From the NCBI GenBank assembly GCA_951406725.2, contig OX597833.1, positions 37,696,001 to 37,760,000 of the forward strand: a stretch of DNA of 64,000 nucleotides, written 5' to 3'. Positions 1-13,313 of this stretch are shown one piece after another. Numbering within the stretch: position 1 is the stretch's first letter; the number at the start of each line of letters is the position of its first letter. The notes beneath the pieces were generated by a model. It saw nothing but the letters and a program-made list of their open reading frames with translations. It was not told where the DNA came from and searched no databases. The DNA comes from Octopus vulgaris (taxonomy: Eukaryota). Made by a program: the position numbers and the translations under genes.

Positions 1-63
1 GCTCTTTTCCAACAGCGATTTGCTTCATCTTCAGGTTCATTATAGTGCATCCAAGGACTGGAA
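1..63 (-). CDS. Gene 1, internal coding exon (continues beyond the left edge): (S)SSPWMHYNEPEDEANRCWKRA...
   Basis: The minus strand has a pyrimidine-rich acceptor tcttattctttgtctag (AG at 65-64) followed by an open frame. Its phase-2 start matches the phase-2 end of exon 26132-26256 (AG|T = Ser). Additional intervening exons cannot be excluded. Confidence 0.6.
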
Positions 64-596
64 CTAGACAAAGAATAAGAGAAGGTTTAAAAATATATAG
101 ATTTTTTTTCATTTGAAACAAACTTTAAAATAGTGAGCCACTGTGGTAGCTTCTATCAGCTAGAAATAGTGACCAAAACTCCTTCAAATCACACCATACT
201 GTCTTAAAGATAAAAGCTATATTGGATAGCTTAGATTTGGATATACTCTGACTGAAAAGGATAAAAAAACAAGATAATCACATCTGGAATGCCTTTAGTC
301 ATAGCTTTAGTTAATCAGGACTAACCTTGACTAAACAACAAGTTTGAAAGATAATGTTAAAATACACCCAGGTCTGAAAATTATAAAGCAAAGTGAACTA
401 TGCCATTTAGGTGCATAAAAACATAAAAAAGGGATGAACTTCAGTCAGTCTCATTCTCTTTGATCCTAAATAACAAACTAAGATTAGTAGTTCAAGGGGT
501 TTTAATTTCAGTGTTTTTCAAGGTCTCTGGGACAGGTTGAAGGCAGTGAAGAAGTTACCTTCAAACCTGAGACCTGGCACAAATGCTTATAATAAA

Positions 597-1028
597 CTAG
601 CAGCATAGCCCGGCGTTGCCCGGGTATGTAAGAGCCCCTAGTAGGCAACGATTAATCTCAATCTAGTCCTTTCCCTCTAGGGAACGAAGGCGCATGTGTA
701 GGTTGCAATGTCTTCTCTTCACTCGAATACTTCTGTGTATACAATGTTCCTAGCTGTCCCTTTGGGCGATAAAAAGGTCGAGTTGTGTCACCTAGACAGA
801 AAATGTGTTGCATATAAAAAGCTTAGATTCTCGACCCCATGTCGAATTTATTGATTTTTTTCAGAACTGGGGGAACTTTTCAAAATTTTCGCTGCGTTAG
901 TTTTGAAATATGACATTGGGCTATGTGTGTGTCAAGTTTCATCAGAATCGGTTGAAAGCCGTGGTCAGGGTGAGGGTACAACCTGACAGACACACAGACA
1001 GACAAACTGCCGTTTATATAGAGAGAGA
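597..1028 (-). mobile_element. Non-autonomous Helitron
   Basis: On the minus strand: 5' TC(tctctctatataaac), 3' GC-rich hairpin cccgggcaacgccggg followed by CTAG, inserted between A and T with no TSD. Confidence 0.75.
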
Positions 1029-2749
1029 TAAGGTGAATTCTACTAAAAACCCAAAAACTGAGTGGTGGTATTAAACTGGATGATGGATGAAGTCTATTAC
1101 CTAACAACAAGAACAATCTTTCCAACAAGTTTAAGCACAATGTCTGTCTATCAAATTTTACTCACAAGCTTTTGCTCATTTCTAGACTAGGGATTGAACA
1201 TTCAGCCTTGCCTGTACCTATATGTATGTATATGTATGCATGTAACTAAGGCAGTAAGCTGGCAGAATCATTAGCACATCGGATGATGTGCTTAACAGCA
1301 TTTCTTCTCTTTGCATTCTGGGTTCAAATCTCATCCAAGGCCAACTTTACTTTCATCCTTTTAGGATCAAATAAAGTAACTACCAGTTAAGCACAGGGAT
1401 TTATTTAATTGACTTACCACTTGCCTAAAATTACCGGCCTAGTGCCAAAATTTTAAATCATGTGTATATACATGTACACCTGTATTTTATTTGTTTGAAC
1501 GTATCTCTTTCATTGCTCTCTCTGGAAATATAAAATTAGATACATGAGTATCATATATGCAAGTATTCTGCATATATGGGATTTTGTAAATAAGTGTATA
1601 GACATGTAAAGTGTTTAACTGTAAATGCTTGTTTCTAAATATACTGTTATTCACAGTGATGCATATAATTGTATGTATGATTGTGTGTGTGTGTGTGTTT
1701 ATGTTATATTTATGCATTAAGTCTTAATACCAAGCATATATGTGTACTTTTACATGTATATTCATGTATTTGCATGTGTATGTGTGTGTTTATTAAGTAT
1801 GATTTATCAGGTGAGTGGAAGTATATGTGCATGTCCACGAACATATGTATGTGTGCAAGTACATGTGTGTGCATATGTACATGCATATATATGTGCATAT
1901 GTACATGCATAAATATATGCACACATACATACATATAAACACACATGCACACACACACACAATCATAACAGCAATAAAAGCCTGCTAGCATTGCCTTGAA
2001 TTGGAAATAATAAAGCTTTGGTTAAATCTGGTTTGTGATTTATTAATCAATAACATATGTGGACATTTGGATATCAAATACTTGGGACTTGCTGAGTCTG
2101 ATGAATAGAGCTATCAAATAACCAAGCTTCAATTGTATGGCAATATAAACAAAAATGGCCAAGTCAACAAGGAAGCATGTATGTAGTGAATTAACCTGCT
2201 AGAAATAGAAGACAAATCTCTCTAAAATCACACTGAACCAATTAATAAAAAAGAAGAATACATTGAAAAATGTATTCCTAGGTAGACTGTGTCTTAAAAT
2301 GATAGAATAGTTATGATTGGAATGCCTTTGGTTATCAGTCAGTTTTATTTGAGAACTTTATTTTTATATTTTTCCCTTTTTGTTTTTTAATAATTTTATT
2401 TAATCTAGATCAATTGTCTGGTAAGTAGTTTTAGAAAAAATTCATAATTTATGGGGAATTTCAGGATTTCCGAATAAAATCTGGGAATTACTGTAGGGAA
2501 ATTTTTTGGAAGTTGGAAAAATTATTTACCAACATTCACACTGTTTTTTGGTTTTTTTTTACATTTATTCTCCTTTCAAAGATGCTGAGGTTTAATTAAT
2601 AGATAAGGCAATTAATGTTATGAAATATATTGTGTTGCATACAAGAGTTTTCTTATATGTAGAGAAAAATCAGGCGTCTCAAATGACTGAAACCGGTACT
2701 GAAATGTTCTTTATAAAATTATTTTAGCATTTTCTATCTTGACTTGTTT

Positions 2750-2980
<231 letters not shown>

Positions 2981-3034
2981 TTGAGTAGTTAAATGAATTA
3001 TCTTATTAAGGATAATTCAAATTAACCGATACCT

Positions 3035-3252
3035 GGGTAGCCAGAAGGCTGCACCAGGCTCCAGTCTTATCTGGCAATGTTTCTACAGCTGGATGCCCTT
3101 CCTAACGCCAACCACTCCGTGAGTGTAGTGGGTGCTTTTTACGTGCCACCTGCACAGGTGCCAGGCGAGGCTGGCAACGGCCACGGTCGGATTGGTGTAT
3201 TTTATGTGCCACCGGCACGGAGGCCAGTCGAGGCGGTGCTGGCATCGGCCAC
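3035..3252 (-). mobile_element. RTE 3'-UTR fragment. Related copies: ~3960-4245, 8235-8430, 8700-9165, 12620-12785, 13920-14110, 29780-29925, 49660-49860, 55430-55575, 57900-58185, 60490-60690
   Basis: Near-identical to the reverse complement of ~12080-12305. Shared core ggatgcccttcctaacgccaaccac. Confidence 0.75.
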
Positions 3253-5349
3253 GAAACATATGTCAAAAATAAAGGAATTTTGTTAATTCGTCGTTCAGCT
3301 CCATTCTTTCATATATATATATATATATATAGATAGATACATTTATATATGAGGTTCTTGAAAAGACCCACCATGTCAGAGAAACTGAGTTCTAGAAGCG
3401 TCCTCCCACCCACACATAACAAGAAAGCTTCTCACACATCCTACCACAACAAACCAAACTACATCTCTAAATCTCTTCTCTTCCTCACATTTCCTCCTTT
3501 ATGCACTATGTCTACCTCTCACTCCCCAATCCTGTCCTCACAGCCCTATTTTTCTGTATCATTGCTATCTGGTAGCCCCACCTCCCGCTCTATACACTCA
3601 GGTTTTCACCCCTCCCCCTCCTCAATCTTTAATCACGCTTCTTTGACAATATCCTGCTACATATTATGACCTTCGAACCTCAAGGTTATGTCCTGGTACT
3701 TTCCACTATCTATATCTATCCTGATGTCTCCCACCCTCTCTCTCCTTCTCCTGCACTTCTCTCAGATGGGTAGCCGTGTATCTCCTTTGGGGCAGCATGC
3801 CTGTTTCTGTCCTCATTCCTAATCTCTCTCTCTCTCTCTCCGACTAGGTAACCTTGTACTTACTCTACAGCAAGACACCTGTTTCTTTCTCACAATAACC
3901 TTTCATCATCTGACACAAGATTACCTCCCCCAATGCTCCCACCCCTCTCAAAAGATTTTGCCTTGCAGGTTATTTGGTGACCCTGTCAGTGCATCCAGTC
4001 CACACTGTAAAGTGGTTGACATTTGGAAGAGCATCCAGCTGTAAAAACCTTGCCAAAACTGACCTTGCCTGTGCTTGTGCCACGTACAAAGTACTCAGTC
4101 CACTCTGCTGAGAGGTTGGTGTTAGGAAGGGCATCCAGCTGTAAAAATCCTGCAAAAACAGTTACAGAAGTCTGGTGCAGGCTTCTGCCTGGCCAGCACT
4201 TGTGAAACCATACCACCCATGCTAGCATGGAAGGCGGATGTTAAACAAGTAGACTTAGGGCTTTTTACATGGCACAAACACAGGCAAGGTTTTTACAGTT
4301 GGACGCCCTTCTGAACACCAACCACTTTACAGTGCGGACTGGGTGCTTTTAAGTGACACCTGCATTGACAGTGTCATCAAGTACTTACAAGACAAAAAAA
4401 GAAAAAATAAACCCTTTACTAGTTTAAGTCCTTGGACTGTGGTCATGCTGGGGCACCACCTTGGTACTGGAGCACTACATTGATATATACATATATACAC
4501 AGACACATTTACACACACACACACATACATAGATTATGTTTACAAACAAGAAAAAAATACCAAATACATTGTGTAGAGTTATGTATCATTAGGAATCAAT
4601 TGATGATTTAGTCCATTGGAACTCAAACTTTAATGTGCTTGCCACTCATATAACTACTCAGGCAATATTTGGTGAATGGATGAAAATAGTAAGTCCATAG
4701 CACATCACCTAGCTAGATTTGCATTAATCTAGGCAAGTTATATGATTAAATATGACAGACTTGAAACACTATGGTGTAAGGCAAACACCTGATCCAGAAA
4801 TGTGGTCATTGTTAATGGACAGCTACCCATGATACCTATGGATCTGTTACTCATGAGTTTGAACCAGTAAACCATAGATTTTCAAGCTTTCTAAAAAACT
4901 TCCTCCTATGACTAGTTGATAATATCTAGTTAAATTATATAGCTGGCTATTTTAATATCAAAAACTTTTCAGTTAGGTATAGCTTGCTGTTTCAGGATCC
5001 TCTGATGTATGCTGTAGTTTTGTCATGTTTTTGAATATGTTCTAATCAGTGAATTACCAAAAAAGTTAGGAGAAGGGTGTAAATTCTTCACTAATCCTTA
5101 CTTGAAAGAGTGTAGAGGTAGGTAATAATGGCTTTTGAATATGTTCACTGTAAGTCCCATGAAATTCCTTTCAATGCCATGTGGGAAAGTGTTATCAGTA
5201 CTCTATATATTACTACTTTGGAAAAACAAGCAGGGGATTTCTGAAGTTACAAACTGGCTTTTGGTGCAGAAGCTGTCTAGATGTAAGATTTCACACAAAA
5301 AACTAGAATACTAAAGTAAAAATGAATATTCAAACAAGTTATTATTTGG

Positions 5350-6035
5350 AGGCCCATGTCTCAGTACATGGTAGTGAGACGTGAGCCTTGAATGAAGAGG
5401 ACATGCGACGGCTAGAGAGGAATGAGGCTAGCATGCTCCACTAGATGTGTAATGTAAGTGTACATGTTTGACAGAGTGCTGGTATATTGAGACAGAAGTT
5501 AAGCATAAGAGAATTAGATGTAGTGTGCAAGAGAGAAGACTGCACTGGTTTGGTCATGTGATGCAGAGGGATGCCAACAGCTCTGTAAAGAAGTGCTGAT
5601 CTCTCACTGTGGATCACATGGAAGAGGGAGACCCAGGAAGACAAGGGACAAAGTACTGAAGGATGACCTCCAGATGCTGAAGCTCTCAAATGAGATGACA
5701 AAGGACTGAGATACCTGATGCCTTGTACTCAGTAAAACCCATCCTCCATGGCAGAAGTGTTAAGGCCACACCTCCTGGTCTGCAAGAGTCATGTGTCAGT
5801 GCTACGTAAAAAGCACTCATGCCAGTACCATGTGAAAGTGCTCGTGTGGTGTCATGTTAAAAGCACCTAGCACACACTATAAAGTGATTGGTGTTAGGAA
5901 GGGCATCCAGTATACAAACCAAGTCAAATCAGACTAGAACTTGATGCAGCTCTCCAGCTTGCCAGCTCTGGTCAAACTGTCCAACCCATGCCAGCATAGA
6001 AAACAGACGTTAAAAAATGATGATGATGATGATGA
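5350..6035 (+). mobile_element. Decayed RTE LINE 3' end
   Basis: RRLHWFGHVMQR motif and the same 3' UTR and (GAT)n tail as 11629-12377. Confidence 0.7.
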
Positions 6036-7479
6036 TCTTATTATTCTGATGCACAACTGATGCAGCAGTAGTACTTCATTCCAATCAGTGAACAATTTCC
6101 CTAATTTCTAAAAGGATTACTGTAGACCAGTAAGTGTAAGAAGATAGACAAATATAGCATTACAGACTTAAGATTAAAACACAAGGTAAAGACTACTCCT
6201 AAAGAAAGCCATATGAAACACCTTATACACACACACAACATATGTGTAGCTGACCTTTGATGATGATCACCGATCTGGATTGGGTGATAAGATTGATGTG
6301 CTTGATGTTTAGCAAGAACATCTGCAGATTTGTGTCCATAAGGAAAATGTGAAAAGGGTGAGAATTCCAGAGGTTTGAATGTTAAAGGGAGGAGAGGATG
6401 GGGCAAAGTATTTAATACAAAAGGTTTGGAAGTGAGACACAGTAAGGGTAATGGAATAAGGGAAGATGAATGGGCCAAGTGGGACGTGGGGAGGGAGGAT
6501 ATGAGATAAGTAGAGCAGAGAACATTAAAACAGCCATAAAAAAAGAAAGGAGACAGCATGTCTGGGAACTAGTGACCAATTACTAATTGATACTAAGAAA
6601 GTAGATGGTAATAGAATACTAAAATAAACGGCCTTGAATTCATGTTATTCTTCAATGAACATCTCCATGCCAGCTCAGTCTCCTCTTCTGCACACTACCT
6701 TTAATGTCCAATTTTTCTCTCAGTATATAAGTGTTCATATCCACATAATACAGTATACACATGTACCATATTATGTGCAGCCAAGATACTTAACTCCTGA
6801 TATCAAAAATAGGATTTTTAAAAATAAATAAGGGCAAGGCAGCGAGCTAACAGAATTGTTAGCATGCTGGGTAAAATGCTTAGTGGTATTTCATCCATCT
6901 TTATGTTCTGGGTTCAAATACCACTTGGGCCAACTTTGCCTTTTGTCCTTTCAGAGTCAATAAAATAAGTACCAGTTGAATACTGGTGTCAATGTAATCA
7001 ATTTATCCCCTCTGCCAAAATCGCTGGCCTTGTGCCAAAATTTGAAATCAATATTAAAAATAATAATACCATAACCTCTGTTTCTTTTTTATCAGGACAA
7101 ATAGCTTTATTTTTCTTTGGGAACAGACGCAATTAGTGTTAGCATAGAGTGAAGGTTCTAATCCAGTTAAAGCTTATATTCTGTGCTGTATTTTTAACAG
7201 GATGTTGTACATAATTATTATCAATGATGAAAATGATGATAGTGGTGGTGATGTGGTGATGGAGGTGGTTGCAGGGAAACATTCTTCTACACCTATCCTC
7301 TATATTAATCTTGAAAGTAAAGTATAGGGCCAAAGTTCATATCTAGTTAAAGTTAAGCATTCAGTATTGTTGATGCACATTTTGATGTCTTATCTCAGAT
7401 AACTTTGCTTGCTTTTCTTCTGGAGCCAATGAAATGAGTACATTCAACTTTTAACCAATCTAAAGAAAAGATCATTTGT

Positions 7480-7970
7480 TATCTGCATAAATTAGCATTC
7501 GTTATCATATAAATCAATCCATATTGTTACATAAATCAGTTGTTGTCAGTGCATAAATCACTATCTGCCATTCCATAAATCAGTGTTAGTCATTACATGC
7601 ATGTGATTGACAGCTGACATTACATAATTCAATTGTTGTCAAAACATAAATCAGCAATTGTCATTACAAAAATGAGTGGCTGTCATTACATAAATAAGTC
7701 CCTGTCATTACATTAACCAATCACCATCAGTGACTGACAATATATAAATCACTATCTGGCATTATATAAATCAAACACTGTCTTAGCATAAGTCAAGAGC
7801 TGTCAGTATGTAAGTCAGTACCTGTCATTGCATAAAGTGAGTTCTTTTCTTTACATAAATTAATTGTCATCATTACATAAATCAGTTATTGCCATTGCAT
7901 GAATCAGTTGCCATCGTTACATAAATCAGTTGCTATCATTATATAAATCAGTTACTGTTATTACATAAAT
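7480..7970. repeat. Degenerate ~21-bp minisatellite (cattacataaatcagttgttgt-like)
   Basis: cataaatcag recurs about every 21 bp. Confidence 0.75.
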
Positions 7971-9256
7971 ACTTTTTAAAAATGGTTGAGTGTGTTTTAA
8001 AGACCATTTAGCATCTATTTCTTGCCATTCAATATAACCAGAGAAAGGCCTCTCTGTTGGCCCATTTGTGTATGTTTGCACAGTATATTGATTGCACTCT
8101 TCCAAATTGAATTTTCAATATAAATTTGACTCCCAAGAATGCCATTTTATTTTATTTACATCTTGTATCTTGTAATTCTTGCTGATAGTAATTACCTTGT
8201 TTCTTTCAAATAAGGTATTTTTATTCCACTAGTGCTAGTGCCATGTAAAATGTGTCCAGTACACTCTTACACTCTGTAAAGTGGTTGCCATTAGGAAGGG
8301 CACCCAACTGCACAAATCATGCCAAAACAGACAATGGAGCCTGGTGCAGCTCCTAGGTTTGCCAGCTCCTGTTAAACTGTCCAACCCATGCCAGCATGGA
8401 AAGTGTCTTTTAAACAATGATGATGATGATAGCATTCACATGAAATCAATAAAACTATTAAGCTACAGGGTGCATTGTTTGTAGGAGACATAAACAAATG
8501 CATCGTTGCTGAAACAGGGTGAATGTGAAGACATGCAAAAACAACCACTAATATGCACACACATACATAGATGCATATACATATATATATATATATATAT
8601 ACACATATATATACACATATATATATACATATATGAATGTTTGTATATATATATATATCAATATGAAGCAAATAATTCAGGATATATATACATATATCAT
8701 CATCATTTAACATCCATTGTCCATGCTGGCAGGGGTTGGATGGTTTGACCAGGCTGACATGCTGAAAAGCTGCACTAGACTCCAGTCTGATTTGGTATGG
8801 TTTTCTTCTGGCTGGACGCCCTTCCTAACACCAACCACTCCAAGAGTGTAATGGGTGCTTTTACATGCCACCGATACAGATACCATTTGCATGACACTGG
8901 GATGCTATCATGTGCCACTGGTATGGGTGCCAATTTGCATGACACCAGTATCTGCCACGACTGTAATTTTGCTCAGCTTGATGGGTCTTCTCCTCAAGCA
9001 CAACATAATGTTAAGGTCTTGGTAATTGCTTCGATGAGGCCCAATGCTCAGAAGGTGTTCTTTATGTGCCGCCAGTATGGGTGCACTTGGCTTGATGGGC
9101 CCTCTCCCATGCTGGTGGCATGTAAAGAATACCTCTTGAGCATTGGGCCTCACAGAGGCAAAGTTCGAATATATATATATATCTATATATATATGAGATA
9201 GAGGTTAGACAACCATCTAAGGGATAATAAATATCCAATATACTACTGGAGGGATA

Positions 9257-10784
9257 TCTCTTATTATAAAAGGCAGATTTTATCTGCCTCCCTTTGGGAG
9301 TTATACAAATCTACAATATAGGATTTCTTCAATTACAATTTACCTAGCATTTTTAAGAGTACAATGCATCGCGTCATGCCAGGTCCAGTTTTTAAAATTT
9401 AAACTCCAATTAAGCAAAATTTACAGAAAACTCACATTCTGGTGTGTGTGTCAAATGCTTTTCTTAGTCTGGTTTACACCACACGCAAACGCACACACAC
9501 AGTGTGCGACGAATAAAATGAAAGTAAATAGCGACAGACTGATTTGAGGAAGACTAAAGTGAAAGTATTTAAACCACTACTCAAAAAATAAAAAAACACA
9601 GCAAACAGAAACAAATAAATACACAATTTCTTCAATTAGAGTTTACCTAAGATTTTTCAGAGTACTTCAGTGGGTGATGCCATAAAAAATTTCTTTCAAT
9701 TTTACCACCAATTAAGACAAAATTCGAGAAAACTCAATATTTTAACATATCACTCCGAAAGCATTGATGTACATGTGTGCGTGCGTGAGTGTGTGTGTGT
9801 CATTCCTCACACACACGCATACACATACATATACAACTACATACAACTACATACACATACAACTACATACAAACACGTTTGTTATTAGTAAAAAAGGCGC
9901 AAAAACACAACTCACTTATCATTCCAACACATTTGCAAAGACACACGGAGGACAGAAAAGGTAAATTGGTTTTTATTTTACTCTGTATATATTTTATTAT
10001 ATAATATTATATATAGATATATGTATATATAATTGCAGTATGAAACAGTGTTTATGTATAAACAGACGACACTTATATATAGTTACCAAGCCGCCCGAAT
10101 TTACCTATTCATATTTAAATGAGAATATCAGAGCAAATCTCTTTAGTACATTCGTGAAAACACGTATTATACTTCGTAAACACTTCAACTACAGTTTTGT
10201 ACAAAAATCGAAGTGTAATTTTAATTCCGTGAATTATGGGAGATTTTTTTCCGAAATTTGTTCCTATTGTGTTTTCAAAATTTTTAATTCTGACAAAAAA
10301 TGGATACGAATTTCATTATATCAAGCAGCGAGTCAGAATTCGAAGGATTTTCTACTGAAGACCTTCATAAATCTAACTCTATGACTGAAAAAAAAAAAGC
10401 ATCTTTATATAAGAGTGAAGTTGTGTGTCTGTCTCCTACGATTTAGATTCCTAACTACTCCCACATTTTGCGGTGCAGTTTAACCAAAAGCGGGTATCTT
10501 ATAGTCGTGATTCATATCGAGCCCTTCTGGGTATTAGCGTGCGTCTACGATGAGTCTACGATTTAAAAAAAATTTACCATCATATTTTTCCATTTTAATG
10601 CATTTTTTTCGCTTTTATATAAGGGAAGTAACTCTCTAAAAATATCTACGATGTGTCAACGATTTAAAAAATATTTACCTTAATTTTTTTTCAATTTTTA
10701 ATGCATTTTTTGGCTATAACTCTCTAAAAATGCTTATATAGTTATTTCCCTTACAACCCGAGCAACGCCGGGCGATACTGCTAG
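9257..10784 (+). mobile_element. Non-autonomous composite Helitron
   Basis: 5' end a|TCtcttattataaa. 3' hairpin cccgagcaacgccggg then CTAG|t, the same 3' terminus as 597-1028. A second 5'-like end a|TCtttatataa lies at 10402. Confidence 0.7.
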
Positions 10785-10874
10785 TCTATTTATATTCAAA
10801 GGCTTACTGTTACAAGGCAATAGTACAATTGAATAATAGGTACAAGTGGAGGTAGACAAAAGTTTATCCAGAAT

Positions 10875-11387
10875 TTATATAAGGCAAGGAAGAAAATGGA
10901 GACAAGATTCAATTGACAAGCATCAGTAAGATGTATTTATTATAATCATAGGAATAAATAAATAAATAAATAAATACAACTCCATTCTGAGAGCTGTTTC
11001 TGCTTTGTGGTTCCAGTATGCTAAAGTTGCCATATCATACAAAAATTGAACTCCAAAGCTACATCAGAGAGTCAGTAGGTCCATAATGGTAAGGATACAA
11101 GGTAAAAAGTAAAAAAGTAAAGTCCAAAGCTATATTCAGTTGATCTCACAACTTCTGGACATTGCTTTTTTTTACTTTTTACCATGTATCATTACCATTT
11201 TGGCTACTGACTCTCTGTTGTAGCTTTGGAGTTCAATTTTTGTATGATATGTCAACTTAAGCATACTGGACTCACAAAGTAGAAACAGCTGTCAGAATGG
11301 AGTTGTATTTATTTATTTATATGATTATAATAAATAATCTTACTGATGTTTGTCAATTGAATCTCTTCTCCATTTTCTTCCTTGTCT

Positions 11388-11395
<8 letters not shown>
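10875..11395. repeat. Long imperfect palindrome (~250-bp arms, ~30-bp spacer)
   Basis: ~10875-11127 is the reverse complement of ~11155-11395. Confidence 0.9.
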
Positions 11396-11419
<24 letters not shown>

Positions 11420-11628
11420 AAAATAGTAATGCAATACGAGAGTATTGCTTTCCAGTAAAGAATAGCCCATGAGGGAAAATTATACATAGAAGTAAATATA
11501 TGGCACAACGAAGTACCGATATTTACTGGAAGCTATACATTAGCGTCATATTATTACGTTCGCTATTTTCCAGTAAATATCGGTACTTCGTTGTGCCATT
11601 TATTTACTTATATATATATATATATATA

Positions 11629-12377
11629 TGTGGCGAGAATGGATGAAGATAGGTGTGTGAAAAAGTGCCAATCCCTAGCAGTTGAGGGAACCCGTGGAAG
11701 AGGTAGACCCAGGAAAACCTGGGACAAGGTGGTGAAGCACGACCTTCGAACTTTAGGCCTCACTGAGGAAATGACCAGCGACCGAGACCTTTGGAAATAT
11801 GCTGTACGTGAGAAGACCAGGCAGGACAAGTGAGCCCAGCCCACTTATGCATGCCTTTCCTCCCTTGGACACAAAGACCTGTTGAAGCAAGCGAAGTCGT
11901 TATCGAACCTCATCCGACAACAGGCACCCATGCCAACCCCCTTTGCTTGCGAAGACATGTTGGGGCAAGTGAAATCGAAATCGAAATCGGAATCGGAATC
12001 GAAATTGAACCAATCCTATGACTGGCACCCGGCAGATGCCAGGACCCCTGGACTGGTGGTACGTAAAAAGCACTATCCGAATCATGGCCGATGCCAGCGC
12101 CGCCTCGACTGGCTTCCGTGCCGGTGGTACGTAAAATGCACCAATCCGACCGTGGCCGTTGTCAGCCTCACCTAGCACCTGTGCAGGTGGCACGTAAAAA
12201 GCACCCACTACACTCACGGAGTGGTTGGCGTTAAGAAGGGCATCCAGCTGTAGAAACATTGCCAGATAAGACTGGAGCCTGGTGCAGCCTTCTGGCTTCC
12301 CAGATCCCCGGTCGAACCGTCCAACCCATGCTAGCATGGAGAACGGACAGTAAACGATGATGATGATGATGATGATG
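11629..12377 (+). mobile_element. Relatively young RTE LINE 3' end (ORF2 C-terminus and 3' UTR)
   Basis: VARMDEDRCVKKC..GRGRPRKTWDKVVKHDL..DRDLWKYAV*, then a 3' UTR ending aaac(gat)n. Inserted in (TA)n. Confidence 0.8.
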
Positions 12378-13313
12378 TATGTGTGTAAGTATATATATAT
12401 ATATATATATGAGATTCTGTACAGTTTCAGTCCATCAAATTTCCTAAAGAAGTCATTAAGAACCCCCAGATTATAATAGAAAATACTTGCCCAAAAGATG
12501 AAAGATGAAACTCTAAGGCCAACAGCCATGTGTGTGTATGTAGGTATGTGTGTGTTAGAAGATTTTTTTTACATCAAACACACTTCTTATATAAACTAAA
12601 AATAATTTTGTCACTAGTGACAGTGGCACAAAGAACACCCAGTACATACTGTATGGTGGTTGGTGCTAGGAAGGACATCCAGCCATAAAAACATCCCAAA
12701 GCTGATGTTGGAGCTCAGCACAGCCCTTGCTGGATTCTGTCAATCTGCCCAACCCATGGTAAACAGACATTAAATGATGATGATTAAAAACCTCAGTAAA
12801 GAAAACTAATATTTGTGGACAGCCAATATTATTTTAATCAGTAAACTAATGGAAAGGCAACAATGGATGTGTTTCACTCTTGTTGACTCTTTTCAGTCTT
12901 GTCATTTGACTGTGACCATATTGAGGGCACAATTTTGGAGACACAGTCAATTACATTGACCCCAGAAGGTCGAAAGGCAAAGTGGATGGAAAGCAAGTGG
13001 GGTCTGAAGTCAAAAAATAAGGGAACATAAGCAAACACTCGTTCAAGGTGTTTTCACTAGTGAACAGTTTAGCAAGATATAGAATGACTAAACTGACCCT
13101 GGAGAGCAAACCCAACCACAGATTTCTTCCTTTATTTGTTGATAAGAATAATGCCTCCCAACTATATTTTTGTTCCTGCAAACCTGACTGTATTTTATTT
13201 TTCTAAGCCAGTCTGAAAGCCAGTCTGAAAGCCAGTCTGAAAGCCAGTCTGAAGACACTGAGCCTTATGAAGGAGATGACTAAGATATCTGATACATAGA
13301 GAATACCAAACAA

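Noticed and set aside
2095-2130. CTGATGA followed by a small hairpin as a hammerhead
   Set aside because: GAAA is replaced by CAAA, and there is no stem I, stem III or cleavage triplet.
4560-5330. Possible P-element/THAP9 transposase relic (LNYIAGYF near 4930)
   Set aside because: Only one short motif, with no other ordered motifs or TIRs that I could confirm.
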